A DNA stretch of 32,000 bases from Dickeya dadantii NCPPB 898 (GCF_000406145.1 NZ_CM001976.1:4519545-4551544); one strand, 5' to 3'. Counted from the stretch's first letter, positions 9,350-20,780 are shown. Numbers and translations are program-made. Notes: a model not told the origin generated them from the sequence alone.

Positions 9350-11041
9350 ATGACCAGAATTATTATCATCGGCGGCGTGGCAGGCGGTGCGTCGGCCGCC
9401 GTCAGAGCCCGTCGGCTGTCGGAATCGGCAGAGATCATCATGCTGGAACGCGGCCCTTACGTGTCATTCGCCAATTGTGGGTTGCCATATCATATCGGCG
9501 GCGATATTCCAGACCGCTCCGCACTGCTGCTGAAAACCCCGACGGACTTCGCCGACCGCTTTAATATTGACGTGCGGGTACGGCACGAGGTGTTGAGCAT
9601 CGATCCTGCCGCTCGTACCCTGCAAATCGCCGATCTGGCGGATAACCGGGTCTACACCGAGCACTACGACAAGCTGCTGCTGAGCCCAGGCGCTAACCCG
9701 ATCGTGCCGCCGTTGCCTGGCATCGACCTGCCCGGTGTGTTTACCCTGCGCACCATCACGGACATGGACCGGATTCTGGCCCATCTGCAACAGTCTGATA
9801 TCCGACAGGTCACGGTCGCCGGCGGCGGTTTCATCGGGCTGGAAGTCGCCGAAGCGCTGGTGAATCGCGGTGTGTCGGTGACGCTGCTGGAGCGCGATTC
9901 GCAGGTGATGGCGCCGGTCGATCCGGAAATGGCGGCGCCGTTGCATCAGGTGATACGGCGACATGGCGTCGAATTACTGCTGAACGCGGGGCTAAGTGCC
10001 ATCGCTCCATGCAGTGACCACGTCTCAGGCGGTAATCACGTCTCAGGCGGCGACCACAAACTGATGCTGACGCTGGCTGACGGCCGGCAACGGGTTACCG
10101 GCATGCTGCTGATGGCGATCGGCGTCAAACCCGAAACGCAGTTGGCGCAGGCGGCCGGGCTGCGTCTGGGCGCCCGCGGCGGTATTCAGGTCAATCAACG
10201 GATGCAAACCTCGAATGAGCATATCTACGCGGTCGGCGATGCGGTGGAAACCCCGGACTGGGTGAATGCCGCGCCGACGCCGTTCCCGTTGGCCGGTCCG
10301 GCCAACCGTCAGGGGCGTATCGCCGCCGACAACATGCTGGGTCGGGAACACCATTACACCCGTACTCAGGGCACCGCCATCTGTAAGGTATTCGACCACA
10401 CCGTCGGGAGCGTCGGCATAAACGAAAAAACGCTGCAACGTACGGGAACCCCTTACCAGAAGGTGTATGTCCACGCGGCGGACCACGCCGGTTATTATCC
10501 CGGTGCCAGCACAATCTCACTCAAGCTGCTGTTCGCGCCTGACACCGGCGCGATTCTCGGCGCACAAGCGGTGGGAAAAGCCGGTGTCGACAAGCGTATC
10601 GACGTGATTGCCGTCGCCCAACGGGCGGGATTGACGGTACGGGATCTGGAAGACCTTGAACTCACCTACGCACCACCGTTCAACAGCGCCCGGGATGTGG
10701 TGAATCAGGCGGGAATGCTGGCCAGCAACGTGCTTCAGGGCGATACGGCTATTTGCCACCCTGAAGACATCATCAATCTCGACCCGGCGACCCAGTGCTT
10801 GCTGGACATCCGCGGCGCACAAGAGCTGCACCTTCACGGCGAATACCCGAATGCGCTGCACATTCCGCTGGATACGCTGCGCCGGCGCTTGCAGGAACTG
10901 CCCGCCGACAAAGAAATTCTGATTGGCTGCCAGTCCGGCCTGCGCGGCCATGTGGCCTACCGTCTGCTGATTCAACGGGGCTTTCACGCCCGCAATCTGT
11001 CCGGCGGATTCATAACCTATCGGGCATTCGTCGCGCAGTAG
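9350..11041 (+). CDS. CoA-disulfide reductase-family flavoprotein fused to a C-terminal rhodanese domain (NAD(P)H persulfide / CoA-persulfide reductase-like)
   Basis: The 563-aa ORF has an FAD fold (IIIIGGVAGG), the redox Cys43 in SFANCGLPYHIGG, an NAD fold (VAGGGFIGLE), and a C-terminal rhodanese loop ILIGCQSGLRG (Cys about 527). A GAGGAG SD precedes the start. This is the same architecture as Shewanella Npsr and Enterococcus CoAPR. Confidence 0.85.
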   Translation: MTRIIIIGGVAGGASAAVRARRLSESAEIIMLERGPYVSFANCGLPYHIGGDIPDRSALLLKTPTDFADRFNIDVRVRHEVLSIDPAARTLQIADLADNRVYTEHYDKLLLSPGANPIVPPLPGIDLPGVFTLRTITDMDRILAHLQQSDIRQVTVAGGGFIGLEVAEALVNRGVSVTLLERDSQVMAPVDPEMAAPLHQVIRRHGVELLLNAGLSAIAPCSDHVSGGNHVSGGDHKLMLTLADGRQRVTGMLLMAIGVKPETQLAQAAGLRLGARGGIQVNQRMQTSNEHIYAVGDAVETPDWVNAAPTPFPLAGPANRQGRIAADNMLGREHHYTRTQGTAICKVFDHTVGSVGINEKTLQRTGTPYQKVYVHAADHAGYYPGASTISLKLLFAPDTGAILGAQAVGKAGVDKRIDVIAVAQRAGLTVRDLEDLELTYAPPFNSARDVVNQAGMLASNVLQGDTAICHPEDIINLDPATQCLLDIRGAQELHLHGEYPNALHIPLDTLRRRLQELPADKEILIGCQSGLRGHVAYRLLIQRGFHARNLSGGFITYRAFVAQ

Positions 11042-11042
11042 G

Positions 11043-11070
11043 CAAGTAGACAAGTAGACAAGTAGACAAG
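11043..11070. repeat. 8-bp tandem repeat CAAGTAGA x3.5
   Basis: Perfect copies lie at 11043-11050, 11051-11058 and 11059-11066, plus CAAG at 11067-11070. The repeat starts 2 nt after the TAG stop (11039-11041) of the reductase gene. Confidence 0.9.
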
Positions 11071-11090
11071 CCGGAGAATGATATCGGTCG

Positions 11091-11125
11091 AAAAACAGCG
11101 CGGCCGGGCATAACCCCCGGCCGCG
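11091..11125 (-). terminator. Rho-independent terminator of fre
   Basis: A 10-bp GC stem pairs CGCGGCCGGG (11099-11108) with CCCGGCCGCG (11116-11125) around a 7-nt loop. On the minus strand it is followed by CTGTTTTT. Confidence 0.8.
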
Positions 11126-11145
11126 ACAGGACAACGCAGAAAGGA

Positions 11146-11847
11146 TCAGATGAAAGAAAAAGCGTCGCTGTACATGTGCGCAAGCTGGGCGCCACGTTCG
11201 TTGCAGAAACGCTCGCGGGCGATTTTCGCCATCTCGAAACGGCCCGCGATATAAATATCGTGTTGCGCCAGCGAACCGAAATCCTGCAGCACCGCGCTCA
11301 GCACCGTACCGGAGCGACCATGCCACTGCTCGTCCGGCTGCTCGACCACTGGGATCACGTTCAGGTTGGGATGCGCCTGCGCCAGCGATTGCAGTTCCCC
11401 CAGATCGTACAGGTGGCGCAGTTCGCGCCCGCCCCAGTACACGGATATCTGGCGCGTCGGCTGGTTTGCCAGCACCGTCAGCAGAATGGAACGTACGTAG
11501 GAGAATCCGGTGCCGCCGGCAATCAGAATCAGCGGACGATCGCTGTCTTCACGCAGCCAGGCTTCGCCGTGGGGAATATCCACCACCAGCGACTTTTCTT
11601 TCAGAATGCGATCCATCACCGCCATCGCATACAGATTCATCTCGGAGGCCCCGATATGCAGTTCGATAGACCCTTGCTCAATAGGCGTGGAAGCCACGGA
11701 GAACGGACGTTTGTCGCGCTCGTCCATCACCACCATCAAATATTGCCCGGCACGGAAGGAAAAAGGCGCCGATGGCAATAAGCGCACCCGGTAAACCGTA
11801 TCGGTGATAGCTTCCACCGACGTTACTGTACAGCTCAACGTTGTCAT
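11146..11847 (-). CDS. fre: NAD(P)H-flavin reductase Fre
   Basis: [25 protein letters not shown] matches the E. coli Fre N-terminus. Starting at 11847 gives 233 aa, as in E. coli. The ORF-track start at 11919 is an extension. Confidence 0.94.
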   Translation of the reverse strand: MTTLSCTVTSVEAITDTVYRVRLLPSAPFSFRAGQYLMVVMDERDKRPFSVASTPIEQGSIELHIGASEMNLYAMAVMDRILKEKSLVVDIPHGEAWLREDSDRPLILIAGGTGFSYVRSILLTVLANQPTRQISVYWGGRELRHLYDLGELQSLAQAHPNLNVIPVVEQPDEQWHGRSGTVLSAVLQDFGSLAQHDIYIAGRFEMAKIARERFCNERGAQLAHMYSDAFSFI

Positions 11848-11896
11848 GCGATCCCTCTGTAGGGTCAAGGCAAAACGGAGAACAGGATAAGCGCCG

Positions 11897-13384
11897 TCAG
11901 CGCGGCTTACCGCTGTCATTCAATATGGCTAACTCGTCCCATATGGCATCCACACGGGCGACAACCGATGGGTCTTTAGTAATCGGGTGACCCCATTCTC
12001 GCTGCGTCTCGCCCGGCCATTTATTGGTAGCATCCAGCCCCATTTTAGAGCCGAGCCCGGACACCGGCGAGGCAAAATCCAAATAGTCGATCGGCGTATT
12101 TTCCACCAACACGGTATCGCGCGCGGGGTCCATACGCGTGGTGATCGCCCAGATCACGTCTTTCCAGTCGCGGGCATCAATATCATCATCGCAGACGATA
12201 ACGAATTTGGTATACATAAACTGGCGCAGAAAGGACCAGACGCCCATCATTACCCGTTTGGCATGCCCGGCATACTGTTTTTTCATAGTAACCACAGCCA
12301 GACGGTAAGAACAGCCCTCCGGCGGCAGATAAAAATCAACGATTTCCGGAAACTGCTTTTGCAGCAGCGGCACGAACACCTCGTTCAGCGCGACGCCCAG
12401 CACCGCCGGCTCATCGGGCGGACGCCCGGTATAGGTGGAATGGTAAATGGCGTCGCGTCGCTGGGTGACATGGGTGACGGTAAAAACCGGAAAATGATCG
12501 ACTTCATTGTAATAACCGGTGTGATCGCCATAAGGGCCTTCCAGCGCCATCTCATCCGGGTCGATATAGCCTTCCAGCACGATTTCTGCGCTGGCCGGCA
12601 CCTCCAGATCGCTGGACAGGCATTTCACCACTTCGGTCTTGTGGCCACGCAGCAATCCGGCGAAAGCGTACTCGGACAAAGTATCCGGCACCGGCGTCAC
12701 CGCGCCCAGAATCGTGGCCGGATCGGCGCCCAGCGCCACCGCCACCGGGAAACGTTCGCCGGGATGTTGCTGGCGCCACTCCTGAAAATCCAGTGCCCCG
12801 CCCCGGTGCGACAGCCAGCGCATAATCAGCTTGTTGCGGCCGATTAATTGCTGGCGGTAAATACCCAGATTCTGGCGCTCTTTGAACGGCCCGCGCGTCA
12901 CCGTCAGCCCCCAGGTGACCAGCGGCGCCGCATCGCCCGGCCAACAGTGCATAATCGGAATCCGTCCCAGATCCACCTCGTCGCCTTCCCACACCTGCTC
13001 CTGGCAGGGCGCGTTCGACAACCGTTTGGTCGGCATATTAAGCACCTGACGGAATTTAGGCAGCTTGTCCACCAGATCGCGGAAACCGCGCGGCGGCTCC
13101 GGTTCTTTCAAAAACGCCAGCAAGCGACCGACATCGCGTAGCGCGCTGACCTCCTCCTGCCCCATACCCAGCGCCACGCGCTTGGGCGTGCCGAACAGGT
13201 TGCACAGCACCGGCATACCATAACCTTTGGGATTTTCAAACAGCAGGGCTGGGCCTTCGGCACGCAAGGTGCGATCGGCGATTTCGGTCATTTCCAGATA
13301 GGGGTCAATCGGCTGGTGGATACGTTTGAGCTCGCCTCTCGCTTCGAGTTGAGCGAGAAATTCACGTAAGTCACGGTATTTCAT
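11897..13384 (-). CDS. ubiD: 4-hydroxy-3-polyprenylbenzoate decarboxylase UbiD
   Basis: The 495-aa ORF ([22 protein letters not shown]...) is collinear with E. coli UbiD. Confidence 0.95.
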   Translation of the reverse strand: MKYRDLREFLAQLEARGELKRIHQPIDPYLEMTEIADRTLRAEGPALLFENPKGYGMPVLCNLFGTPKRVALGMGQEEVSALRDVGRLLAFLKEPEPPRGFRDLVDKLPKFRQVLNMPTKRLSNAPCQEQVWEGDEVDLGRIPIMHCWPGDAAPLVTWGLTVTRGPFKERQNLGIYRQQLIGRNKLIMRWLSHRGGALDFQEWRQQHPGERFPVAVALGADPATILGAVTPVPDTLSEYAFAGLLRGHKTEVVKCLSSDLEVPASAEIVLEGYIDPDEMALEGPYGDHTGYYNEVDHFPVFTVTHVTQRRDAIYHSTYTGRPPDEPAVLGVALNEVFVPLLQKQFPEIVDFYLPPEGCSYRLAVVTMKKQYAGHAKRVMMGVWSFLRQFMYTKFVIVCDDDIDARDWKDVIWAITTRMDPARDTVLVENTPIDYLDFASPVSGLGSKMGLDATNKWPGETQREWGHPITKDPSVVARVDAIWDELAILNDSGKPR

Positions 13385-13595
13385 GCTAAATCATCAGAAA
13401 GGTCAGTGGTGGGGCTATTATAGAGGCTCTTGGTCATGCTGTCGCTTCCCACCCGCGCTATTTCTGGCGGCGGCCTGCTCGCCCTTATGGCTAACGCGAC
13501 ACGCGATTAGGTATTTCTCCCGGAAATTTTTATCCCGCAAGGCGTAACGCTTTTGTTATCCTTTTCCGCTGTGAGAGCCACAGAAAAGTGAAATT

Positions 13596-14084
13596 ATGCG
13601 AGCCTGGTACCTACTTTATTGCAAGCGCGGCCAACTGTTACGGGCAAAAGAACACCTGGAACGTCAGGAAGTGGTCTGCCTGAGCCCGATGATCGCGCTG
13701 GAGAAAATCGTACGAGGGAAACGAACCGAGGTCAGCGAGCCACTGTTCCCCAACTACCTGTTCGTCGAGTTCGACCCTGAGCACATACACACCACCACCA
13801 TCAGCTCAACGCGCGGCGTGAGCCATTTTGTCCGTTTTGGCAACCTGCCGGCACTGGTGCCTCAGCAGGTGATTGACGATTTGCTGCAACATCCGTGTGC
13901 CATGCATATCGACCCGGAAACGCCGCAACCCGGCGACCAGGTAACCATTACCGAAGGGGTGTTCAGCGGCCTACAGGCCATCTATACCGAACCGGATGGC
14001 GAAGCGCGCTCCATGCTGCTGCTCAATCTGCTGAACAAGCAGGTGCGGCAAAGCATCGACAACCGCCAGTTCCGAAAAGCGTAA
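13596..14084 (+). CDS. rfaH: Transcription antiterminator RfaH
   Basis: The 162-aa ORF ([24 protein letters not shown]...[16 protein letters not shown]...) has the same length as E. coli RfaH and very high similarity to it. Confidence 0.95.
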   Translation: MRAWYLLYCKRGQLLRAKEHLERQEVVCLSPMIALEKIVRGKRTEVSEPLFPNYLFVEFDPEHIHTTTISSTRGVSHFVRFGNLPALVPQQVIDDLLQHPCAMHIDPETPQPGDQVTITEGVFSGLQAIYTEPDGEARSMLLLNLLNKQVRQSIDNRQFRKA

Positions 14085-14111
14085 ACCGTCAGGGCACAGC
14101 CCTGACGGTTT
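14083..14111. terminator. Shared hairpin terminator between convergent rfaH and hemB
   Basis: A perfect 13-bp stem pairs AAACCGTCAGGGC (14083-14095) with GCCCTGACGGTTT (14099-14111) around a 3-nt loop. It fills nearly all of the 31-bp gap between the two stop codons. Confidence 0.65.
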
Positions 14112-14115
14112 ATCA

Positions 14116-15935
<1,820 letters not shown>

Positions 15936-15982
15936 GCGCAGATATCCAAAAATCCATCGCGGTTATCCCGATGGATAACCCC

Positions 15983-16011
15983 AAAAAACAACACCTCCCG
16001 AAAGAGGTGTT
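15983..16011 (-). terminator. Rho-independent terminator/attenuator after tatC
   Basis: The minus-strand RNA reads AACACCUC-UUUCGG-GAGGUGUU followed by GUUUUUUGG. The stem is 15990-15997 paired with 16004-16011. Confidence 0.8.
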
Positions 16012-16048
16012 ACAGTAAGAAGGCCGCCGTTTTACGGCGAGACGCCAC

Positions 16049-16819
16049 TCAGGAAGACGGCGCAGACTCGTCCACGTCTTCTTCCTCGTCCGTCCGGCGT
16101 CGCTTACCGACGTAGAACCGGGCGAAAAACACCCCGATCTCAAACAGCAAATACATCGGGATCGCCAGCAGAGTCTGGGAGAACACATCCGGCGGCGTCA
16201 GCAGCATGCCAACCACGAACGCGCCCACCAGCACGTAGGGCCGCTTCTGTTTCAGGCTCTCCGGCGTCACCACCCCGCTCCAGCACAGCAGCACAATCGC
16301 CACCGGTACTTCGAACGACACGCCGAACGCCATGAATAGCGCCATCACAAAGTCGAGGTAGTTGTTGATATCGGTGGCAATCAGCACCCCTTTCGGCGCG
16401 GTCTGGGCAAAGAAGCTGAACGCCAGCGGGAAGACGACGAAATAGGCGAACGCCATCCCCATGTAGAACAACAGGCTGCTGGACACCAGCAACGGCATCA
16501 TCAGCCGCCGCTCATGCTTGTACAACGCCGGGGCCACAAACGCCCACACTTGATACAGCACCAACGGCGCGGACAAAAACACCGACACGATTAGCGTAAG
16601 CTTGATCGGGGTGAAAAACGGCGATGCCACGTCGGTCGCAATCATACTGGCACCGGCCGGCAACTGTTTGATGAGCGGCGCGGAGACGAACTGATAGATG
16701 TCATTAGCGAAATAGACCAGCGCCAGAAACACCACCAGCACGCTGATAATGCTATTCAACAACCGCTTGCGCAGTTCGATCAGATGGCTGATCAGCGGTT
16801 GGGTTTGATCAACAGCCAT
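16049..16819 (-). CDS. tatC: Twin-arginine translocase subunit TatC
   Basis: The 256-aa, 6-TM ORF ([21 protein letters not shown]...) is collinear with E. coli TatC. Confidence 0.95.
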   Translation of the reverse strand: MAVDQTQPLISHLIELRKRLLNSIISVLVVFLALVYFANDIYQFVSAPLIKQLPAGASMIATDVASPFFTPIKLTLIVSVFLSAPLVLYQVWAFVAPALYKHERRLMMPLLVSSSLLFYMGMAFAYFVVFPLAFSFFAQTAPKGVLIATDINNYLDFVMALFMAFGVSFEVPVAIVLLCWSGVVTPESLKQKRPYVLVGAFVVGMLLTPPDVFSQTLLAIPMYLLFEIGVFFARFYVGKRRRTDEEEDVDESAPSS

Positions 16820-16822
16820 AGG

Positions 16823-17395
16823 TTAACGATCACCAGAAGGTTGGGAAGAAGACACTGACGCCGTCGGTTCAGATTTGCCCTTGCTTTCGGCATTGCTGGC
16901 GGGTGCCGCATCTGCAGACACCGGCGCTGTCGGCGGTGCCGCCGTCATTGTATCGCCGCGCATCGCCGGCTCCACAGCGGAAGTCGCGGTGACCGCAGGC
17001 GTTGGCCCGACATTGCGCTCGGCTTCCAGAACGCCATCGTGCGCCGCTTCAGGATCGGCAAGCGGGACATGTTCCGGCGCGTCGCCGCCATCCAGCTTGA
17101 TGCTGTGAGGGCGCTTCATCGCTTCGGCAGCCTCTTTCAGTTCATCCATCGACGCTTTGAGCTCCGGCGACAAATTCTGCAGTTGGCTGGCCTGCTCGAC
17201 TTTCTTCAGGCTGTCCTGCAATTCCTGCAGTTTCATCTCCTGCGCCAGCTCATTCTGTACTGTCGTTGCCAGCGAGCGCAGCGCGCGAATCCATCCCGCC
17301 ACGGTTTTTACCGCTACCGGCAGGCGTTCAGGCCCCAACACCACCAGACCGATCACCATCACCAGCAGCAGTTCACTAAACCCGATATCAAACAC
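16823..17395 (-). CDS. tatB: Twin-arginine translocase subunit TatB
   Basis: The 190-aa ORF starts [26 protein letters not shown] and has a low-complexity A/P/S-rich C-terminal tail. Confidence 0.94.
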   Translation of the reverse strand: MFDIGFSELLLVMVIGLVVLGPERLPVAVKTVAGWIRALRSLATTVQNELAQEMKLQELQDSLKKVEQASQLQNLSPELKASMDELKEAAEAMKRPHSIKLDGGDAPEHVPLADPEAAHDGVLEAERNVGPTPAVTATSAVEPAMRGDTMTAAPPTAPVSADAAPASNAESKGKSEPTASVSSSQPSGDR

Positions 17396-17398
17396 CGG

Positions 17399-17653
17399 TT
17401 ACACCTGCTCTTTATGCTGGCTTTTCTCTTCCTGACTGGCCTGCGGCTTCTGCTCCGAAATGGATTTGGTCGCAAAGTCAGCGTCCTGCTGCTTGTCGTC
17501 GTTGGCAGCGGGCTGATCGTCGCTCATCGCTTTCTTGAAGCCCTTAATTGACGCGCCCAGGTCGGAGCCCAGGGTTCTTAGTTTGTTGGTTCCGAACAGC
17601 AGTACCACGATCACCGCGATAACCAACAGATTCCAGATACTAATACCGCCCAT
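17399..17653 (-). CDS. tatA: Twin-arginine translocase subunit TatA
   Basis: The 84-aa ORF starts [43 protein letters not shown]. An AAGAGG SD lies upstream. Confidence 0.94.
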   Translation of the reverse strand: MGGISIWNLLVIAVIVVLLFGTNKLRTLGSDLGASIKGFKKAMSDDQPAANDDKQQDADFATKSISEQKPQASQEEKSQHKEQV

Positions 17654-17733
17654 ACTGTGCTTACCTCTTTACTCAAAAGGAATTCATGTGACACGTTCAT
17701 CAGGAACCGTCAGGTGCCTGATGAGGCACTTGT

Positions 17734-19371
17734 TCAACGGGTGCAACGCCAGCCGACAATCCAGGCCAAAAAACCGGCGGCGATCAGACCGGCCGGTACG
17801 ACATCGGCCTCCACCTGACTGACCAACAGTATCGTCCCGCTCAACAGCAGCGTCGCCCCGACACCCAGCAGATAACGGGCCCGACCATGGCGGGTGCGTT
17901 GTGTCCGCAGCTCGCTGGTCAACAGCTCCATGTTCTGCTTCAGCATCTTATGCTGGCGTAAACCGTCATAGAACAATTCGGGAATCTCAGGCAGTTTTTC
18001 CACCCAAAACGGCGCTTTCTCTTTAAATGCGCGCAACATGGCGGGCAATCCAACCTGATCCTTCAGCCAGGTTTCCAGAAAAGGCTTGGCCGTCTTCCAC
18101 AAATCCAACTGCGGGTAGAGCTGGCGCCCCACTCCCTCAATGTACAGTAACGTCTTCTGGAGCAGCACCAGTTGGGGTTGCACTTCCATATTGAAGCGAC
18201 GCGCCGTATTAAAGAGGTTCAATAATACATGACCGAAAGAAATTTCTGCTAACGGCTTTTCAAATATTGGCTCGCAGACGGTGCGGATAGCGAACTCGAA
18301 CTCTTCTACATTGGTGTCTTGCGGAACCCAGCCGGAGTCGACATGCAGCTCGGCGACGCGGCGGTAATCGCGGTTGAAAAAGGCAATAAAGTTTTCCGCC
18401 AGATAGCGCTTATCGTTTTTATTCAACGAACCGACAATACCGCAGTCAATGCCGATATATTGCGGGTCTTCCGGATGCTCGTAGCTGATGAAGATATTGC
18501 CGGGATGCATGTCGGCATGGAAAAAGCTATCGCGGAACACCTGGGTGAAAAAGACTTGCACGCCGCGCTCGGCCAGCAGCGGCATATTGATACCATGCCG
18601 TTTGAGCGCTTCCACATCCGACACTGGAATGCCGTAAATGCGCTCCATCACCAGCACCTGCTCGGTGCAGTAATCGGAATAGATTTCCGGCACATACAGC
18701 ATCGGGCTGTTTTCAAAGTTTCGCCGCAGTTGGATGGCGTTGGCGGCTTCACGCAGCAGGTTCAGCTCATCCAGCAGCGTTTTTTCATACTCGCGCACCA
18801 CTTCGCGCGGCCGCAGACGACGCCCATCCGGCAGCAGAATCGGCAGCCAGCCGGCCAGACGATTCATCAGCCGCATGTCTGCCTTGATGATCGGTAGAAT
18901 ATCCGGGCGAATGACTTTGATGACAATGTCTTTGCCGGTGGTTTTCAGCCTGGCGGTATGCACCTGGGCAATCGACGCCGACGCCAGCGGCTTAACGTCA
19001 AAATCATCGAACCAGGTTTCCAGTTTTCCACCCATCGACGTCTCAATCTGCCGGCGGGCCAGTTCGCCGTCAAACGGCTCCACCTGATCCTGCAGCATCG
19101 CCAGTTGGTCGGCGATAGCGGGGGGGAACAAGTCACGACGAGTCGACATCATCTGACCGAACTTGATCCACACCGGACCCAGCTCCTGCAGCGCCAGACG
19201 CAAACGCTCGCCCAATGGTTTGTCCTTGTGGCGATTCGGCAGCCAGAACCACAGGCAACGCCAAAGACGCAGCGGCGTCGTCATAGGAATACGCGGAATC
19301 AGTTCATCCAGACCATAGCTCAGCAGTACCCCGATGATCCGGTACAACCGAAATAATTCTCCCGGCGTCAT
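17734..19371 (-). CDS. ubiB: Ubiquinone biosynthesis protein UbiB (ABC1/AarF kinase-like)
   Basis: The 545-aa ORF ([26 protein letters not shown]...) is collinear with E. coli UbiB, including the two C-terminal TM segments. It overlaps the ubiJ stop by 4 nt (ATGA). Confidence 0.95.
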   Translation of the reverse strand: MTPGELFRLYRIIGVLLSYGLDELIPRIPMTTPLRLWRCLWFWLPNRHKDKPLGERLRLALQELGPVWIKFGQMMSTRRDLFPPAIADQLAMLQDQVEPFDGELARRQIETSMGGKLETWFDDFDVKPLASASIAQVHTARLKTTGKDIVIKVIRPDILPIIKADMRLMNRLAGWLPILLPDGRRLRPREVVREYEKTLLDELNLLREAANAIQLRRNFENSPMLYVPEIYSDYCTEQVLVMERIYGIPVSDVEALKRHGINMPLLAERGVQVFFTQVFRDSFFHADMHPGNIFISYEHPEDPQYIGIDCGIVGSLNKNDKRYLAENFIAFFNRDYRRVAELHVDSGWVPQDTNVEEFEFAIRTVCEPIFEKPLAEISFGHVLLNLFNTARRFNMEVQPQLVLLQKTLLYIEGVGRQLYPQLDLWKTAKPFLETWLKDQVGLPAMLRAFKEKAPFWVEKLPEIPELFYDGLRQHKMLKQNMELLTSELRTQRTRHGRARYLLGVGATLLLSGTILLVSQVEADVVPAGLIAAGFLAWIVGWRCTR

Positions 19372-19976
19372 GGCGCTCCCTCCAGTTTTGCCAGCCGGTT
19401 GGACAGGATTTCCGCCGACTGCGCCAGCGCGTCCACTTCATCGGCAAACCACAGCCCTTCCAGTTTGCCCGGCGCCAGACGCCACTCCTCGGTCACCGTT
19501 TCCGACAACGCCTGCTGCCGGCGGCACGCTGAACGCATCAGCATCCCAGCCACGTTGCCAGCGGCCTGACTCAACCCTTCCGCCACTACATCGCCCAGCC
19601 AGGGCGACAGCCACTCCGCCGGGTCAAACTCCGCCAGATCCAGCAGGGTAACAAACTGCTGCGCAACCTGAATGTCGCCTTCCAGCACCAGTTCGCCACT
19701 GCGCATCAACGCCGACAATTGCTGCCGGTCGCGCAGTTTCACCAGCGCCGACAGACGGGTCTGCAATAAACAATCCGGCTGCGCCGACCACTGACTCATG
19801 ACATCGAGACGGTGCTCAGAGAAAACCAATACCAACGGCGTATCCAGCTCCGCCACTTCAACTCGCAACGTTTTTCCGTGCAAACGCTGACGGGCGGCTT
19901 TCATGCTCCGGTCACGGAACAACAGCTGGTTGAGCGCTGTTTCCAGGGCCGCCGTCAACACAGGCATTATCAACAT
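19368..19976 (-). CDS. ubiJ: Ubiquinone biosynthesis accessory factor UbiJ (SCP2 domain; YigP)
   Basis: The ORF is similar to E. coli UbiJ (LRVEV...LVFSE...KLRDRQQL...GDIQV...LAEFDPAE). The ORF-track start at 19988 is a TTG. The ATG at 19976 aligns with the E. coli Met1 and gives 202 aa. The ATG at 19967 is also possible. Confidence 0.85.
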   Translation of the reverse strand: MLIMPVLTAALETALNQLLFRDRSMKAARQRLHGKTLRVEVAELDTPLVLVFSEHRLDVMSQWSAQPDCLLQTRLSALVKLRDRQQLSALMRSGELVLEGDIQVAQQFVTLLDLAEFDPAEWLSPWLGDVVAEGLSQAAGNVAGMLMRSACRRQQALSETVTEEWRLAPGKLEGLWFADEVDALAQSAEILSNRLAKLEGAP

Positions 19977-19989
19977 GGGAGTATCCAAC

Positions 19990-20745
19990 TCAGAATTTAA
20001 ATCCGCGATGCAGCGCCACGATACCGCTGGTCAGATTGAAGTAGTCCACACTGTCAAAACCGGCCTCGGCCATCATCCCTTTCAGGGTTTCCTGATCCGG
20101 GTGCATACGGATAGACTCCGCCAGATAGCGGTAGCTGCCGGCGTCGCTGGCTACCATTTCGCCAATGCGGGGCAGCACATGGAAAGAGTAAGCATCGTAT
20201 ACCTTGCTCAACGCTTTCACGGTTGGTTTCGAAAACTCCAGCACCAGCAGGCGACCGCCGGGCTTCAACACCCGATACATGGAACGCAACGCCTTCTCTT
20301 TTTCGGTTACGTTACGCAAACCGAACGAAATAGTGATGCAGTCGAAAAAATTTTCCGGGAACGGCAGGGCTTCGGCGTTAGCCTGAACATAGCTGATATT
20401 ACCCACCACGCCGAGGTTACGCAGTTTCTCGCGCCCTACTTTCAGCATCGACGCGTTGATATCCGCCAGCACCACTTCGCCTTCATCCCCCACCAGACGG
20501 GAGAATTTAGCGGTCAGGTCACCGGTGCCGCCAGCCAGGTCCAGCACGCGCTGACCGCGGCGCACACCACTGCATTCGATGGTAAACCGTTTCCAGATGC
20601 GGTGAATACCAAACGACATCAGATCGTTCATCAGGTCATACTTGGCCGCCACAGAATGAAAAACACCCGCTACCATGGCTTCCTTATCGTCTTTAGCCAC
20701 CGTGCGAAAACCAAAATGTGTCGTTTTTTCCGAATCGTCTACCAT
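19990..20745 (-). CDS. ubiE: Demethylmenaquinone / 2-methoxy-6-polyprenyl-1,4-benzoquinol methyltransferase UbiE
   Basis: [21 protein letters not shown] matches the E. coli UbiE N-terminus (MVDKSQETTHFGFQTVAKE). Starting at 20745 gives 251 aa, as in E. coli. The SAM motif is [10 protein letters not shown]. Confidence 0.94.
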   Translation of the reverse strand: MVDDSEKTTHFGFRTVAKDDKEAMVAGVFHSVAAKYDLMNDLMSFGIHRIWKRFTIECSGVRRGQRVLDLAGGTGDLTAKFSRLVGDEGEVVLADINASMLKVGREKLRNLGVVGNISYVQANAEALPFPENFFDCITISFGLRNVTEKEKALRSMYRVLKPGGRLLVLEFSKPTVKALSKVYDAYSFHVLPRIGEMVASDAGSYRYLAESIRMHPDQETLKGMMAEAGFDSVDYFNLTSGIVALHRGFKF

Positions 20746-20780
20746 GTTATCCGCCTGCTTTTTCAACTTCAGGATCTTGT

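Noticed and set aside
11043-11070. The CAAGTAGA array as a CRISPR-like or mobile-element repeat.
   Set aside because: The units are only 8 bp and directly abutting, with no spacers and no cas genes. It is a microsatellite, not a CRISPR array or a terminal inverted repeat.
7952-11145. The sulfur module as a recently acquired mobile island.
   Set aside because: I see no integrase, transposase or IS remnants, no tRNA, and no direct repeats shared by the two borders. The base composition also looks like the flanking core genes. It is better described as a lineage-specific chromosomal module.
13436-13510. A 24-codon small ORF (MLSLPTRAISGGGLLALMANATRD) in the ubiD-rfaH intergenic region.
   Set aside because: It has no SD and no recognisable leader-peptide logic, since there are no downstream attenuator hairpins. 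It is likely a chance ORF in GC-rich spacer.
15961-15980. The GGTTATCC-CGAT-GGATAACC palindrome as a genuine pair of DnaA boxes.
   Set aside because: Each arm matches TTATCCACA at only 7 of 9 positions, and the context (the tatC-tatD spacer) has no replication link. I kept it only as a speculative note in the tatC-tatD finding.
19120-19126. A G7/C7 homopolymer inside ubiB (encoding FPPA) as a possible phase-variation tract.
   Set aside because: The run is short, lies in a gene needed for aerobic ubiquinone synthesis, and encodes the conserved LFPP motif also present in E. coli UbiB. There is no reason to invoke slippage.
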